64,000 nt of DNA, taken from positions 64,001-128,000 of the forward strand of contig JBEKCB010000005.1 of NCBI GenBank assembly GCA_050015075.1. The letters run 5' to 3'. This document shows, piece by piece, positions 47,964-57,258 of this stretch; position 1 is the first letter of the stretch; the number at the start of each line of letters is the position of its first letter. The notes under the pieces were generated by a model that worked only from the letters and a program-made list of their open reading frames with translations, did not search any database and was not told the DNA's origin. Source of the DNA: Candidatus Brocadiia bacterium (GTDB lineage: Bacteria > Planctomycetota > Brocadiia > CAIUPP01). The translations under genes and the position numbers were made by a program.

Positions 47964-48647
47964 ATGAAACGCACGATCCGGCTTCTGGTCCTGCTGCTCG
48001 GCGCGGCCGTCCCGGGCGCCGCGCTCGCAGCGTCCGCCACGCCGGTGCAGGTTTCCGTCTGGCCGCCGATCCAAATTGTGTCCGAGGACTGGGACGTTGA
48101 CGGGCTCCGGCTCACGCTCCCGTTCGGGGTGAATCGCGACGTCGCCGGGTTGGACCTTGGGCTGGCGAACATCGTCCTCTCGACGGCCTCCGGCGTTCAG
48201 GCCGGTCTGTTGTGGAACGAGGCCGCATGCGCGAACGGCGCGCAGTTGTCGCCGGTGTTCAACTATGCCAACGTGCTGCGCGGCCTGCAGGTCGCCGTCG
48301 GAGTCAACAACGCGGATGACGTGAGCGGGCTTCAGGTGGCGCCGATTCTCAATACCGCCATCACCGACTTGCAGGGTATTCAACTGGCCGTCGGCGGGAA
48401 CCACGCGGACACGGTGCACGGCGTGCAAGCGGCGCTGCTCAACCACTGCGAGCGGATGTACGGCGCGCAGATCGGCCCGATGTACAACTACGCCACGAGG
48501 ATGCACGGCGTCCAGGTCGGGCTGATCAATTACTCCCGGCGGGCTTCCGGCATCCAGTTCGGCCTCCTCAACTTCATGCAGGACGGCCCTCTGCCGTTCT
48601 TCCCGCTGATCAACCTGGACTTCTCCGCCCGCCCCGCCGAACAGTGA
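47964..48647 (+). CDS. Exported GxQ-repeat (LA_2272-like) beta-repeat protein
   Basis: Signal peptide; repeated G[LVI]Q...N units; FFPLIN terminus. Confidence 0.8.
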   Translation: MKRTIRLLVLLLGAAVPGAALAASATPVQVSVWPPIQIVSEDWDVDGLRLTLPFGVNRDVAGLDLGLANIVLSTASGVQAGLLWNEAACANGAQLSPVFNYANVLRGLQVAVGVNNADDVSGLQVAPILNTAITDLQGIQLAVGGNHADTVHGVQAALLNHCERMYGAQIGPMYNYATRMHGVQVGLINYSRRASGIQFGLLNFMQDGPLPFFPLINLDFSARPAEQ

Positions 48648-48654
48648 AACCGGC

Positions 48655-49971
48655 CTACCGCCCGAGCCGGCCCGCGTTCTCCAGCAGGTATTTCTCCGCC
48701 TCAGCCGACCAGAGACCGCCGTGGCGGTGCGCGATGCGGGCAAGCTCCGCGAAAACCGGATCGCGCCGGCCTTTCTCCTCGAAATCGCCGATGGCCGTCA
48801 GCGGCATCGAGAGGCCCGTGTAGATCAGCTTCTTCCCGCCGGGGATGTTCGGCAGATTCAGCGTCGTCTCGATCACCGCGTCCAACCCGCCGACGTGCGT
48901 CACCATCGCGGCCGGGTTGATGCGCCCGCGGGACATCAGGTCGAGCGACTCGATCATGTCGTCGGTGTTTCCGCCGCTGGTGCCGAGCGCGTGCGTCGAG
49001 CCGTAATGCACATTGTAGAAATTCACCGGCGCGCTGAAATTCGGATCCAGCGGTCCGGCGAAGAAATTCAGGCACCCGTCGCGGCCGAGGATCCGGTCGC
49101 CGGACTCCACCACCGGCCGCACCGGCGCGAAGACCAGCACGTCGTCGAATCCCTTGCCGCCCATTCGAGCTTCCTCAGGGTGGCCCTGGGCGATGGTCGA
49201 AGGGCCGCCGGTCAGCGAAACCAGGTGCTCCGCCGGGTTCGGGAGCCGGCTCGTATTCACGTAGACGAGCTTCACGCCGTTGGACTGGGCGTCCGCCTCG
49301 GTCAGCAGCGACGCCGCGCGCGAAAGCCGCGCGTCGTCAATGTCCGTGACCACCAGCAGCCCGGGCCGGCGGTCGCAATGAATCGCGTAATCAATCGCGC
49401 CCAGGCCCATCGGCCCGGCGCCGGCGAGGATCGCCATCGCGCCGCCGCGGACGATGCCCATGTCGTGGACGTACGTCCCCGGCTTGCTGTGGTAGATCGC
49501 GTGGAACGCGCCGACGATGCACGACATCGGCTCCGCGAGCGAGGCCGCGAAGTACGCCTCGCCCGTGTAATCGAGCAGGCAGCCGCACTCCATGAACTCG
49601 TTCGGGATAATCACCGCCGTCGCGTCGCCGCCGATATAGCGGTAGGAGTATCCCGGCGCGGCCAGGCTGCCCTGGTAGTTGATCGCCGGCTGGATCGCGA
49701 ACTTGCTCCCGGGCTTGAACCGGTGCTGCCACTTCCTGCCGACCTCCAGGATCGTCCCGCAGAACTCGTGCCCGATGATCGTCGGGTTGCGCGCGATGTC
49801 CTTCGGCACGCGCTTGTGCTCCGCGCCCTGCTTCGCCGCCTTGTGCGAGGACATGCAGATGCTATCGGACACGACGCGCGCGAGGATCTCGTCCTCGCGG
49901 ATCGGCGGCAGCTCGAACTCCTCCAGCCGCAGATCGTCTTTCCCGTAAAGCCGCACAGCGCGGGTTTTCAT
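48655..49971 (-). CDS. Zn-binding dehydrogenase, L-sorbose-1-phosphate reductase-like
   Basis: SDSICMSS, GHEFCG, LAEPMSC, GAGPMG, GTSGG, GGKKLIY. Confidence 0.88.
   Translation of the reverse strand: MKTRAVRLYGKDDLRLEEFELPPIREDEILARVVSDSICMSSHKAAKQGAEHKRVPKDIARNPTIIGHEFCGTILEVGRKWQHRFKPGSKFAIQPAINYQGSLAAPGYSYRYIGGDATAVIIPNEFMECGCLLDYTGEAYFAASLAEPMSCIVGAFHAIYHSKPGTYVHDMGIVRGGAMAILAGAGPMGLGAIDYAIHCDRRPGLLVVTDIDDARLSRAASLLTEADAQSNGVKLVYVNTSRLPNPAEHLVSLTGGPSTIAQGHPEEARMGGKGFDDVLVFAPVRPVVESGDRILGRDGCLNFFAGPLDPNFSAPVNFYNVHYGSTHALGTSGGNTDDMIESLDLMSRGRINPAAMVTHVGGLDAVIETTLNLPNIPGGKKLIYTGLSMPLTAIGDFEEKGRRDPVFAELARIAHRHGGLWSAEAEKYLLENAGRLGR
49162..49203. repeat. Double REP-like palindrome inside CDS
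   Basis: CATTCGAGCTTCCTCAGGG-TGG-CCCTGGGCGATGGTCGAAGG, flanked by GCCGCC at 49156 and 49204 (48 bp apart). Confidence 0.65.
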
Positions 49972-49981
49972 GATGGGCTTC

Positions 49982-50884
49982 CTATGAACGGGCCGGCGTG
50001 GCCGGCCGCGCGCGGTTTGTCTTTCCGGCGGCGAGTTTCCGGAATGCCTTGGGGAGAAATTCGAGGACGTCGGTGGCGATGAGGCCGACTTCGCCGAACT
50101 CCTTTGCGGCCAGGTCGCCGGCCAGGCCGTGCGCATAGGTCCCGAGCACGGCGGCTTCGAACGGGCCGAGCCGCTGGCCGATCAGCGCAGCGATCGTGCC
50201 GGTCAGGACGTCGCCCGTGCCGCCGGTCGCCATGCCGGGATTGCCGGTCGGGTTGACGAACACGCGGCGGCCGTCGGTCACGATGCTCCGGTGCCCCTTG
50301 AGCACGAGCACGACATGGTTCTCCCGAGCGAACCGGAGAGCCACCAGCTTCCGCAATTGCTGCACCCGGCCGACGTTCAGGCCGGCCAGCCGCGCCATCT
50401 CGCCCGGATGCGGCGTAAGGATGCGCGGCGCCGGCGCGCGCCGGAGCACCGCAACGTCCTCCGCCAGCGCGTTCAGCGCGTCCGCGTCGAGGACCATCGG
50501 CTTCGGCAGCTTCAGCACGAGATGATGGACGAGGTGAGTCGTGCTCGGATGGCGCCCGAGTCCCGGCCCGAGCGCAACCGCGTCGAACGATTCGGCCCAC
50601 CGGAGAATCGCGCTGGCTCCGCGGTCGCTCAGCGTCGCCACAGGCGTTTCGGGGAGCGGGCGCGTGGTGCAGCAGACGACCCGGGCGGCGAGGATCGGAT
50701 AGACGCTTCGCGGCGTGCCGACGGTCACGAGGCCCGCGCCGGCGCGCAGGGCGGCGGTCCCGGCCAACGCGGCGGCGCCGACCATGCCGCGCGACCCGGC
50801 GAGGACCAGGACGCGGCCGTAGTCGCCCTTGTTCGAGTCCGCCCGTCGCGGCGCCAGTTCAGGCAGGCCGGGGGTTTTTCGCAT
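49982..50884 (-). CDS. nnrD: ADP-dependent NAD(P)H-hydrate dehydratase (standalone)
   Basis: SNKGDYG, GPGLG, DADAL, LTPHPGEM, GMATGGTGDVL. Confidence 0.92.
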   Translation of the reverse strand: MRKTPGLPELAPRRADSNKGDYGRVLVLAGSRGMVGAAALAGTAALRAGAGLVTVGTPRSVYPILAARVVCCTTRPLPETPVATLSDRGASAILRWAESFDAVALGPGLGRHPSTTHLVHHLVLKLPKPMVLDADALNALAEDVAVLRRAPAPRILTPHPGEMARLAGLNVGRVQQLRKLVALRFARENHVVLVLKGHRSIVTDGRRVFVNPTGNPGMATGGTGDVLTGTIAALIGQRLGPFEAAVLGTYAHGLAGDLAAKEFGEVGLIATDVLEFLPKAFRKLAAGKTNRARPATPARS

Positions 50885-51638
50885 GGTCCTGTCCGGTATG
50901 GTTAATGAGCGATGCGACCGAGCCCGCGCCGAAACCGTTATCAATGTTTACCACCGCCACGCCGGCGGTGCAACTGTTGAGCATGGTCAGCAGCGGCGCG
51001 ATGCCGCTGAAGCTGGCGCCATAGCCGATGCTGGTAGGCACGGCGATCACCGGCCGGGCGACCATGCCGCCCACCACGCTGGCCAGCGCGCCTTCCATGC
51101 CGGCGACGACGATGACCACGTTGGCCCGGCGCAGCTCCTTCCGAAAGCGCAGCAGCCGGTGCAGGCCGGCGACGCCCACGTCGTAGATCGTCCGCACGCG
51201 GTTGTCGAGGAACTCCGCCGTCACGCGCGCCTCCTCGGCGACCGGAATATCGGCGGTGCCGGCGCAGACGATGAGAATCTCTCCCCGCGGCGGCGGATGC
51301 TTCGTCCGCTTGATCGTGACCGTCCGCGCGGCGGCGCAATAGACGGCGTCGGGCGCGAGCCGGGCGATGGCCCGATGGACTTGCGCCGAGGCGCGCGTGG
51401 CCAGGAGGTTCATCCCGCGGCCGCGCAGGCGCCGGGCGATCGCCTGGATCTGCGCCACGGTCTTGCCCTGGCAGAAGATCGCCTCGGGAATGCCGCACCG
51501 CACCTCGCGGTGAAGATCGAGTTTCGCGAAGCCGATGTCGTCGAACGCGCCGCCTTCGAGATGCTTGAGGGCCTCGCCGGCGGACACATCGCCGCCCTCG
51601 ACAGCGCGAAGGAGCTTCATCAGGCGGTTCTCGTCCAT
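50859..51638 (-). CDS. larB: LarB/PurE-like nickel-pincer cofactor biosynthesis protein
   Basis: AGTAD.PVAEEA, DVGVAGLHRL, AGMEGAL, VPTSIGYG, VVNIDNGFGA. Confidence 0.92.
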   Translation of the reverse strand: MDENRLMKLLRAVEGGDVSAGEALKHLEGGAFDDIGFAKLDLHREVRCGIPEAIFCQGKTVAQIQAIARRLRGRGMNLLATRASAQVHRAIARLAPDAVYCAAARTVTIKRTKHPPPRGEILIVCAGTADIPVAEEARVTAEFLDNRVRTIYDVGVAGLHRLLRFRKELRRANVVIVVAGMEGALASVVGGMVARPVIAVPTSIGYGASFSGIAPLLTMLNSCTAGVAVVNIDNGFGAGSVASLINHTGQDHAKNPRPA

Positions 51639-51659
51639 GTCGGTCACCTCCAAACGGCA

Positions 51660-51723
51660 AGGATGAAGGATGAAGGCGGAATGATGAAGACCTCTTCAGC
51701 CTTCATCCTTCAGCCTTCAGCAT
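51660..51723. repeat. 7-bp-periodic palindromic element
   Basis: AGGATGA AGGATGA AGGCGGA ATGATGA ... TCAGCCT TCATCCT TCAGCCT TCAGCAT; holds the tsaD stop. Confidence 0.75.
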
Positions 51724-52755
51724 TACCTCCTTGTGTTTATCCCGCCGTTCCGTCGGGCAGACGTCGAGCGTCAGGTCGCTCACGCGCCCGGCCGTATAGA
51801 GCGGATACGCGATGCCGGCCACCATGGCGGCGTTGTCCATGCAGTAGCGGATGGGCGGCAGGACGAGCTCCAGCCGGCGGCGCCCGGCGGCATCGGCCAG
51901 GCGCTCGCGCAACCGCGAGTTGGCCGCCACGCCTCCGCCGACGGCGATGCGGCTCGCGCCGACCCGGCGCGCGGCCTCGAGGAGCTTCTCGACCAGCGTG
52001 TCCACCACCGCTTCCTGGAAGCTGGCGGCGACGTCGGCGATTTCCTGCGCGGTCAGCGGCGGCCGGGGCGTCCGCGGATTCTGCCCGCGGCAATGATAGA
52101 GCACCGCGGTCTTGATGCCGCTGAAGGAGAAGTCGAACGAGTCCGGCCCGAGGCGGGTGCGCGGGAAGGCGATGGCGCGCGGGTTGCCGGCGCGCGCGGC
52201 GCGGTCCACGTTCGGGCCGCCCGGATAGCCCAGACCCAGAATGCTCGCCGCCTTGTCGAAGGCTTCGCCGGCCGCGTCGTCGAGCGTGGCGCCGAGCATC
52301 TCGTGCTCGATCGCCGAGCGGCTGCGAAAGAGGCTGGTGTGCCCGCCGGAGGCGACGAGGCTGACGCACGGGAAGAGCGGCGCCTCGCGGTCCAGCGCGG
52401 CGGCATACGCGTGGGCGTAGAGGTGGTTGACGCCGATGATCGGCAGGTCGCGGAGCCAGGCGAGCGTCTTGGCCGCCGTCACGCCGATGAGGAGCGCGCC
52501 GACCAGCCCGGGCGTGTGCGTCACCGCGACGCCGTCGAGGTCCTCGACGTGGACTGCGGCCTCTTCGAGCGCGCGGCGGATCACCGGCAGGACCACCGCC
52601 AGGTGCGCGCGGCAGGCGATCTCCGGCACCACGCCGCCGTACGGCAAGTGCAGCTTGTCCTGCGAGGCGACGATGCTCGAGAGGACTTGCCGGCCGTCCT
52701 TGACGACGGCGGCGGCGGTCTCGTCGCAGGAGGTTTCGATTCCCAGTAGGAGCAT
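51703..52755 (-). CDS. tsaD: tRNA threonylcarbamoyltransferase
   Basis: GIETSCDET, GGVVPE, NHLYAH, SGGHT, DDAAGEAFDK, FSFSG, DNAAM. Confidence 0.96.
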   Translation of the reverse strand: MLLLGIETSCDETAAAVVKDGRQVLSSIVASQDKLHLPYGGVVPEIACRAHLAVVLPVIRRALEEAAVHVEDLDGVAVTHTPGLVGALLIGVTAAKTLAWLRDLPIIGVNHLYAHAYAAALDREAPLFPCVSLVASGGHTSLFRSRSAIEHEMLGATLDDAAGEAFDKAASILGLGYPGGPNVDRAARAGNPRAIAFPRTRLGPDSFDFSFSGIKTAVLYHCRGQNPRTPRPPLTAQEIADVAASFQEAVVDTLVEKLLEAARRVGASRIAVGGGVAANSRLRERLADAAGRRRLELVLPPIRYCMDNAAMVAGIAYPLYTAGRVSDLTLDVCPTERRDKHKEVMLKAEG

Positions 52756-52849
52756 ATCGGGCCTGAGGAATCAGGGCAGCCTTCGAAGGTCAGCCATGCT
52801 GCGCGGCGAATGGCGGCTGCGCGATAAATCGGAGGCGCGTCTCGCGCCG

Positions 52850-54226
52850 CTACTTCGCCGCCTTCTCCACGCCGGCCTCGGGCATCGCCGTGGGATGCAT
52901 CAACTGCCACTTCAAGATATTCAGCGCGGCCTGGAGTTGGAAATCCACCACGCGCCCGCGGCGCGTCTCGTCTCCCTCTTTGCCGTTCGGCTGCACGGGC
53001 GTATCGGCGGCCGGGGCGGGCTTGGCCTCGGGCGCAGGCGCGGCCGCCGGCTCCTGCTCCACCAGGTCTGCGCCGAGGTGATAGCGGCCGCGGAGCTTGT
53101 CCTCGCGTTCCTGGTTGCGCAGCGCCAGCTCGTGCTCGCGGCTCATCGGCAGATAGATGTCCGGCATGATGCCCTGGTGCAACTCGATCGGCTCGTTATT
53201 GGGCCGGTAGTAACGCGCGGTGGTCATCTTGAGCGACTCGCCGTTGCCCAGCGGAATGACGTTCTGGACGGAGCCCTTGCCGTACGTGCGGCCGCCGACC
53301 AGCAGCGACCGGTTGTTGTCGTGCAGCGCGGCGGCCAGAATCTCCGAGGCGCTCGCGGATCCCTCGTCCACGACCACGATGATCGGCAGTTCCTCCAGAT
53401 TCCGCCCCTTGTGAGCGTGGGCGTTGTAGGTTCGGGTCATCTCGGGCTGCCGGCCGCGGACGCTCACGATCACGCCGCTCGAGAGGAAATCGTCCGCGAT
53501 GTCCACCGCCTTGTCGAGCAGCCCGCCCGGATTTCCGCGCAGGTCAATGATCATCCCTTTCAGGCCTTGCTTCTGGAGATCGCCGACGGCGGCCAGCATG
53601 TCGTCGCGGCACGTCTCGGTGAACTGGCTGATCTGGATGTAGCCGATGCCGCTCTTCGGGTCGAGCATGGCGCCCTCGACCGAGGCCGGCTTGATTTCCG
53701 CGCGCGTGATGGTAATTTCGGCGTCCACCGCCGCGCCGAGGTGGTGCACCGTCAGCGTGACTTTGGTGCCGATCTTGCCGCGCAGCGTCTCGACGGCGTC
53801 CTCCAGGTTGAGCCGCTCCGTGGACTTGCCGTCAATCTTCAAAATCGCGTCGCCGGCGAGGATCCCCGCGTCATAGGCCGGCGTGCCCTTGATCGGCGTA
53901 ATGACGGTCAGGATGCCGTCCTTCAGCGAAATCTCGATGCCCAGCCCGCCGAATTTTCCTTCCGTCTCGGCCGTGAAGCGCTTGGCTTCGGGCTGGTTGA
54001 AGTACTGCGTGAAGGGGTCGTTGAGCGCCTCCAACGCGCCGCGATAGGCGCCCTCGAAGAGCTTCTTCGTGTCCACCTCGGTCACGTAGTCATCGTGCAC
54101 GTGCTCGATGATCTTCTTCAGCGTCTCATATTCTTTCTCGTACGGCTCCTGGCTGAAGGCGCGGCTGACCCCCAGCGCGCCGGCGAAGACGACGACGAGG
54201 AACAGGACCAGGCTCTTGCGGGGCAT
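52850..54226 (-). CDS. ctpA: S41A carboxy-terminal processing protease with PDZ domain
   Basis: GGLGI PDZ loop, DLRGNPGG, SASASEI, GKGSVQ, TTARYY. Confidence 0.93.
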   Translation of the reverse strand: MPRKSLVLFLVVVFAGALGVSRAFSQEPYEKEYETLKKIIEHVHDDYVTEVDTKKLFEGAYRGALEALNDPFTQYFNQPEAKRFTAETEGKFGGLGIEISLKDGILTVITPIKGTPAYDAGILAGDAILKIDGKSTERLNLEDAVETLRGKIGTKVTLTVHHLGAAVDAEITITRAEIKPASVEGAMLDPKSGIGYIQISQFTETCRDDMLAAVGDLQKQGLKGMIIDLRGNPGGLLDKAVDIADDFLSSGVIVSVRGRQPEMTRTYNAHAHKGRNLEELPIIVVVDEGSASASEILAAALHDNNRSLLVGGRTYGKGSVQNVIPLGNGESLKMTTARYYRPNNEPIELHQGIMPDIYLPMSREHELALRNQEREDKLRGRYHLGADLVEQEPAAAPAPEAKPAPAADTPVQPNGKEGDETRRGRVVDFQLQAALNILKWQLMHPTAMPEAGVEKAAK

Positions 54227-54278
54227 AGCGGACTCCTAGAGAGTGGGGACGAAAACCACAACGCTTCGGTTCGCGTAT

Positions 54279-54354
54279 TGGTGGACGGGGGCGGGATTGA
54301 ACCGCCGACACCAGGATTTTCAGTCCTGTGCTCTACCAGCTGAGCTACCCGTCC
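54279..54354 (-). tRNA. tRNA-Phe(GAA)
   Basis: GGACGGGTAGCTCAGCTGGTAGAGCACAGGACT-GAA-AATCCTGGTGTCGGCGGTTCAATCCCGCCCCCGTCCACCA, 76 nt with encoded CCA. Confidence 0.97.
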
Positions 54355-54374
54355 AGCTTCAGACGCAATGTTGG

Positions 54375-54403
54375 AATTTACACAAGCCGGCGCGGGCTGT
54401 CAA
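54375..54403 (-). promoter_or_regulatory. tRNA-Phe promoter
   Basis: TTGACA-N17-TAAATT on the minus strand. Confidence 0.65.
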
Positions 54404-54444
54404 GCCATCGCGGCCCGCGGGGCGTCGCAGGGACTGGCTGCGGA

Positions 54445-54489
54445 CTTGTCCGCCGTAGCCCTGAGCGCAGCCGAAGGGGCAAAGGCGGA
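54445..54489. repeat. REP-like composite palindrome (45 bp), intergenic
   Basis: CTTGTCCGCCGTAGCCCTGAGCGCAGCCGAAGGGGCAAAGGCGGA. Confidence 0.75.
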
Positions 54490-54515
54490 TTGCCGAATGA
54501 CCGGTCCAGCAGCGT

Positions 54516-54544
54516 TTGAAAGCGCGCCCGCCGCGCGATATAAT
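54516..54544 (+). promoter_or_regulatory. panC-lgt promoter
   Basis: TTGAAA-N17-TATAAT. Confidence 0.7.
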
Positions 54545-54592
54545 CCGGGGTCGTCGGCTTCAGGCCCTCGAATCCACCTGGAGGTGAACCGG

Positions 54593-55441
54593 ATGCGCTT
54601 CGTCACTTCGATCGCCGAGCTGCATGCGGCGCTGCGGGAACTTCGGCCGGGCAAGAAATCGGTCGGCTTCGTGCCGACCATGGGCGCGCTGCACGCCGGG
54701 CACGTCAGTCTCATCCGCAGCGCCCGCAAGGAGACCGGCCTGGTCGTGGTCAGCGTGTTCGTCAATCCGACACAGTTCGGGCCGAGCGAGGACCTGGACG
54801 CCTATCCGCGCCCGCTCGAGCATGACCGCCAGGTCTGCGAGAAGGCCGGCGTGGACATCCTCTTCGCGCCGCCGACCCACGAAATGTATCCGGGCGGCTA
54901 CGCGACCTACGTCCTCCAGGAACGCTATACGGAAGCCTTCGAGGGCGAAATCCGCACCGGCCATTTCCACGGCGTCTGCACCGTCTGCGCGAAACTCTTC
55001 AACCTGGTCCATCCGGATATCGCCTTCTTCGGCCAGAAGGATTACCAGCAGAGCGTGGTCATCCGGCGCATGGTGCGCGACCTGAACTTCGACTTGAAGA
55101 TCAGCCTCTGCCCGACCGTCCGCGAGCCGGACGGCCTGGCGCTGAGTTCGCGCAACGTCTATCTTTCGCCCGAGGAGCGCGAGCAGGCCACCGTGCTGAA
55201 CCGCGCGCTCCGCAAGGCCGAGGACCTGTTCGCGCAGGGCGAACGCCGCGCCGCGCCGCTCATCGCCGCGATAGATGAGGTGATCCGCGAGGCCCCCGCG
55301 TCGAAAGTGGATTACGTCGCCGTCGTCAACCCCGAGACGCTTCGCGAAATTCGCCGGATCGAATCCGAGGCCATGGTGCTGATCGCCATCCGCCTGGGCC
55401 GGACGCGGCTCATAGACAACTGCCATCTCTCGGCGCGGTAG
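54593..55441 (+). CDS. panC: Pantoate-beta-alanine ligase
   Basis: VPTMGALHAGH, FVNPTQF, FGQKDYQQ, LALSSRN, RLIDN; GGAGGTG SD. Confidence 0.96.
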   Translation: MRFVTSIAELHAALRELRPGKKSVGFVPTMGALHAGHVSLIRSARKETGLVVVSVFVNPTQFGPSEDLDAYPRPLEHDRQVCEKAGVDILFAPPTHEMYPGGYATYVLQERYTEAFEGEIRTGHFHGVCTVCAKLFNLVHPDIAFFGQKDYQQSVVIRRMVRDLNFDLKISLCPTVREPDGLALSSRNVYLSPEEREQATVLNRALRKAEDLFAQGERRAAPLIAAIDEVIREAPASKVDYVAVVNPETLREIRRIESEAMVLIAIRLGRTRLIDNCHLSAR

Positions 55442-55472
55442 CCCTGCCGCCCCGTGACGGCGGAAGGAAAAA

Positions 55473-56303
55473 ATGCACGACATCTTTTTCCGCATCGGCG
55501 ACCGGTTCGCCATCCACTCGTACGGGGTGATGGCGATGATCGGGTTCCTGGCGGCGCTCTTCGTCGCTCGCTGGCGGGCGCGGCGCGCCGGCCTGCTGCC
55601 GGACGAAGTCACCGACATCTGTGTCTGGGCGCTGCTGGCCGGCATTGTCGGCTCGCGGATCGCCTACGTTCTCCAGAACACCGATTACTTCTTCGACACC
55701 GCCCGGCCGGGATGGTCCGTCCTCGACCTCCTCAAAATCTGGCAAGGCGGCCTGGTCTTCTACGGCGGGCTCATCGGCGCGCTGGTCGTCACGCTGCTCC
55801 TGCTCCGGGCCAAGAAACTGAAGACGCTGCCGGTGCTCGACGTGCTCACGCCGTCGCTGGCGCTCGGACACGCGTTCGGGCGGATCGGCTGCTACCTGCA
55901 CGGCTGCTGCTACGGCGTGCCCGTCCACCAGGGCGCGTGGTACGGCTGCGTCTTCCCGCGCGACTCGCTTCCGTATCTCACCGGCGTCGGGGCGCCCTTG
56001 TACATCGCTCCGGGCACTCCGCTGTGGCCGACGCAACTGGTGAGCGCGTTCGACCTCTTCTGCATCTTCATCATCCTCTCGCTCTTCTTCCGCCACCAGC
56101 GCCGCTCGGGCGAGGTGACCGCGCTGTACCTGCTCCTCTACTCCACCGAGCGGTTCATCGTGGAGTTCTTCCGGGGCGATACGCACCTGCCCGGCCAGAT
56201 GAGCGAGGCGCAGTGGATCAGCATCGGGATCTTCATCGCGGGCGCTGCGCTGATGGCCTGGCTCAAGACGAGCACGCCGGAGAAGGTCCCCGCCAGGAAG
56301 TGA
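55473..56303 (+). CDS. lgt: Prolipoprotein diacylglyceryl transferase
   Basis: YGVM, GSRIAYV, GGLVFYGG, GRIGC..GCCYG, PTQL, RFIVEFFR. Confidence 0.93.
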   Translation: MHDIFFRIGDRFAIHSYGVMAMIGFLAALFVARWRARRAGLLPDEVTDICVWALLAGIVGSRIAYVLQNTDYFFDTARPGWSVLDLLKIWQGGLVFYGGLIGALVVTLLLLRAKKLKTLPVLDVLTPSLALGHAFGRIGCYLHGCCYGVPVHQGAWYGCVFPRDSLPYLTGVGAPLYIAPGTPLWPTQLVSAFDLFCIFIILSLFFRHQRRSGEVTALYLLLYSTERFIVEFFRGDTHLPGQMSEAQWISIGIFIAGAALMAWLKTSTPEKVPARK

Positions 56304-56320
56304 AGAGCGGCCCGTCGCGC

Positions 56321-57238
56321 TCACTCGCTCTCACCGCGCCGCGGATCGGGTCCGAGACCGTCGAGGATTTTCCCGATCTCGCCGAACCTGCCGACGTCGG
56401 TCGCGCCGCGCGCGATCAGGATGGAGTTCCCGCGCGCGGACTCCGGCGGAGCGCGGTACTTCAGGACGAAGAGCGGGCGCCCGAGCTGCTCCGCGGCCCG
56501 GACGGTATGCATCGTGCCTCCGCGCGGGCGCGTTTCGATGACGAACACGGCGCGGCCGAGCGCGGCGATGATCCGGTCGCGCGCCACCGCCGCGGCGGCG
56601 GACCACTCCAGGTCGGGCGGGCATTCGCTGACCACCGCGCCGCGCTGCGCGATCTCGGCGAGCGCCGGAAAGTCCGCGCGCGATTTGAAGTGCCGGATGC
56701 CGTACGGAACGCAGAGGATGGACCGCCCGCCGCCCTTGAACGCCCCGCGGTGCGAGGCCGCGTCAATGCCGTGCGCGTAGCCGCTCACGACCGTGACGCC
56801 GGCGGCCGCGAATCGCTTGCCGAACTCCTCCGCGATCGGCCGGCCCCGCGCCGAGGGCTTCGTGGTGCCCACCATGCTGACCGCGCGCCGGTCCTTCGCG
56901 CCGATTTGGCCGAGGACATAGAGCAGCGGCGGCGGGTCCGGCAGGTCGTGCAGCGCCGGCGGGTAAGCCGGGTCGGTCATGCGCAGGAGATGCACGCCCT
57001 TCTTCTGAAGCGCCGCCACCGTCCGCTCGGCCGAGTCGAGCCGGCTCCGGCTGGCCAGCAGCGCGTCGGCCAGTTCCCGCCGCATGCCGCGCACCTCGGC
57101 GAGGGCGCCGCGGTCCGCCTTCTCGACGGCCTCCGCCGCCGAGCCGAACCGGTCGAGGAGCCGCCGGAACGTCACCGGCCCCATTCCCGGAAGTGCGTGC
57201 AGCAAGGCCCAGTAGCTGATCTCTGCGGTCTGGCTCAT
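56321..57238 (-). CDS. dprA: DNA-processing protein DprA (short; no C-terminal winged helix)
   Basis: YPPAL..LPDPPPLLYV.G, VVSGYAHGIDAASH, RDRIIAAL, GGTMHT. Confidence 0.88.
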   Translation of the reverse strand: MSQTAEISYWALLHALPGMGPVTFRRLLDRFGSAAEAVEKADRGALAEVRGMRRELADALLASRSRLDSAERTVAALQKKGVHLLRMTDPAYPPALHDLPDPPPLLYVLGQIGAKDRRAVSMVGTTKPSARGRPIAEEFGKRFAAAGVTVVSGYAHGIDAASHRGAFKGGGRSILCVPYGIRHFKSRADFPALAEIAQRGAVVSECPPDLEWSAAAAVARDRIIAALGRAVFVIETRPRGGTMHTVRAAEQLGRPLFVLKYRAPPESARGNSILIARGATDVGRFGEIGKILDGLGPDPRRGESE

Positions 57239-57258
57239 CGGCCCTCAACTGAAAGCGC

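Noticed and set aside
50859-51638. Complete lactate racemase/nickel-pincer (lar) system
   Set aside because: Only larB is present; scattered lar genes are common and larA/C/E are not in the window
54230-54360. tRNA-Phe as an island integration site
   Set aside because: No duplicated tRNA 3' end or integrase; housekeeping ctpA follows directly
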